Below are positions 63,429 through 64,000 of a stretch of DNA of 64,000 nt, piece by piece. This DNA comes from Candidatus Enterousia sp. (GTDB taxonomy: Bacteria; Pseudomonadota; Alphaproteobacteria; Rs-D84): positions 2,105 to 66,104 of the forward strand of contig JAZONN010000005.1 in NCBI GenBank assembly GCA_045654485.1, written 5' to 3'. Positions within the stretch are counted from its first letter, which is position 1; each line of letters opens with the position of its first letter. The notes beneath the pieces are model-generated. The model had not been told where the DNA came from and did no database searches. It was given only the letters and a program-made list of their open reading frames with translations. Position numbers and translations under genes: made by a program.

Positions 63429-64000
63429 TTGTTTTTCCTTTGTTTTGTACAATTTGTTTTATTTTATCTTTTAACTGTGCCATTCTGTATTCCAGTTTGG
63501 ATTTTCCAACACGCATTTGTATTGCGGTGGGCGACATATCAACCATACCTGATTTTGGTAATTTTATTTCTGTCACACGTGATAAATCGGCACCTTCCAA
63601 CCGCAACGTATTCACGCCCTGAAAATTCAATGCCCCATGTAATCCTTGGGTGCCCATAATGTCGATGTATTGGCCTGCTGGGTTAAATTTAATATCTGCA
63701 TTCGTCAGGTCTGCCCCTTGTAAATCCAGCTGTGCTACATTGCTTAAATCGTGTGTGCCATGTAATCCCGTCACCCCCACCAAGAATATTGAATTCGCAT
63801 TTTTATTAAATTTTACATCTGCATTTTCAAGATTTGCATACCCAAGATTTAATTGGGAAATACCACTAAAATTAAATTTTCCTTTTAATCGTGTTCTTCC
63901 ATTCCCGATTGATACGGCGCCGCCTGTCTTATTAAATTTAATATTTGATATTTTGGATAAATCGGTATCGCCCAACACTATATTGTTGACGTTTTCTAAA
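63412..64000 (-). CDS. Repeat protein with ~41-aa units containing pentapeptide-like A(D/N)Lxx motifs (N-terminus beyond the window end)
   Basis: The frame stays open upstream of the GTG at 63978 to base 64000 (…LENVNNIVLGDTDLSK…). Example units: LNLGYANLENADVKFNKNANSIFLVGVTGLHGTHDLSNVAQ and LDLQGADLTNADIKFNPAGQYIDIMGTQGLHGALNFQGVNT. The C-terminal tail is basic. Confidence 0.7.
   Translation of the reverse strand, partial: LENVNNIVLGDTDLSKISNIKFNKTGGAVSIGNGRTRLKGKFNFSGISQLNLGYANLENADVKFNKNANSIFLVGVTGLHGTHDLSNVAQLDLQGADLTNADIKFNPAGQYIDIMGTQGLHGALNFQGVNTLRLEGADLSRVTEIKLPKSGMVDMSPTAIQMRVGKSKLEYRMAQLKDKIKQIVQNKGKTNDKSN

Noticed and set aside
1-64000. A search for CRISPR arrays, IS elements or transposases, rRNA genes and additional tRNAs.
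   Set aside because: I saw no regularly spaced direct repeats other than the coding hexanucleotide tract. No transposase-like ORFs or inverted-repeat-bounded elements were seen. Beyond the Trp and Lys genes, no further T-loop or acceptor signatures were found. Recurrent ATCCCC-N4-GGGGAT hairpins are ordinary intrinsic terminators, not a mobile repeat family.

Overview
No homology searches were run. All calls come from reading the translations and the DNA by eye, so the boundaries of promoters, hairpins and alternative starts are approximate. This 64-kb window is a gene-dense chromosomal segment of a moderately AT-rich Gram-negative bacterium. Several features suggest an alphaproteobacterium-like, probably host-associated or fermentative lineage, but the taxonomy is inference only. 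These features are the gene content and order (tRNA-Trp-secE-nusG-rplKAJL-rpoBC, rpmF-plsX, rpsF-rpsR-rplI, nusA-infB, olsBA), a BP26/SIMPL-type periplasmic protein, an alphaproteobacterial-looking SPOR domain and a VirB8-9-10 operon. Most of the window is housekeeping: translation and transcription machinery, four aminoacyl-tRNA synthetases, lipid A/fatty-acid/ornithine-lipid genes, recG, xerC/D, ackA, ldh and sodB. Between these lie accessory pieces. (1) At the left edge is a type IV secretion sub-operon, virB8-virB9-virB10. VirB10 is an open-ended ORF missing from the ORF track, and VirB9 carries a C-terminal SPOR-like extension. (2) An orphan mraZ is followed by a very Cys/Ser/Thr-rich secreted protein and small membrane proteins. 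(3) A secreted trypsin-like protease is preceded by a ~230-nt structured leader that has its own promoter, an antiterminator/terminator alternative and no match to riboswitch consensus features I know. (4) There is an AT-rich glycosyltransferase pair with shifted Arg codon usage. (5) A 687-aa orphan protein sits next to a small protein with a phage tail-fibre N-terminal motif. (6) At the right edge a ~41-aa-repeat (pentapeptide-like) protein overlaps a cyclophilin gene. I found two tRNAs (Trp-CCA, Lys-UUU) and no rRNA, CRISPR array, transposase or clear prophage.
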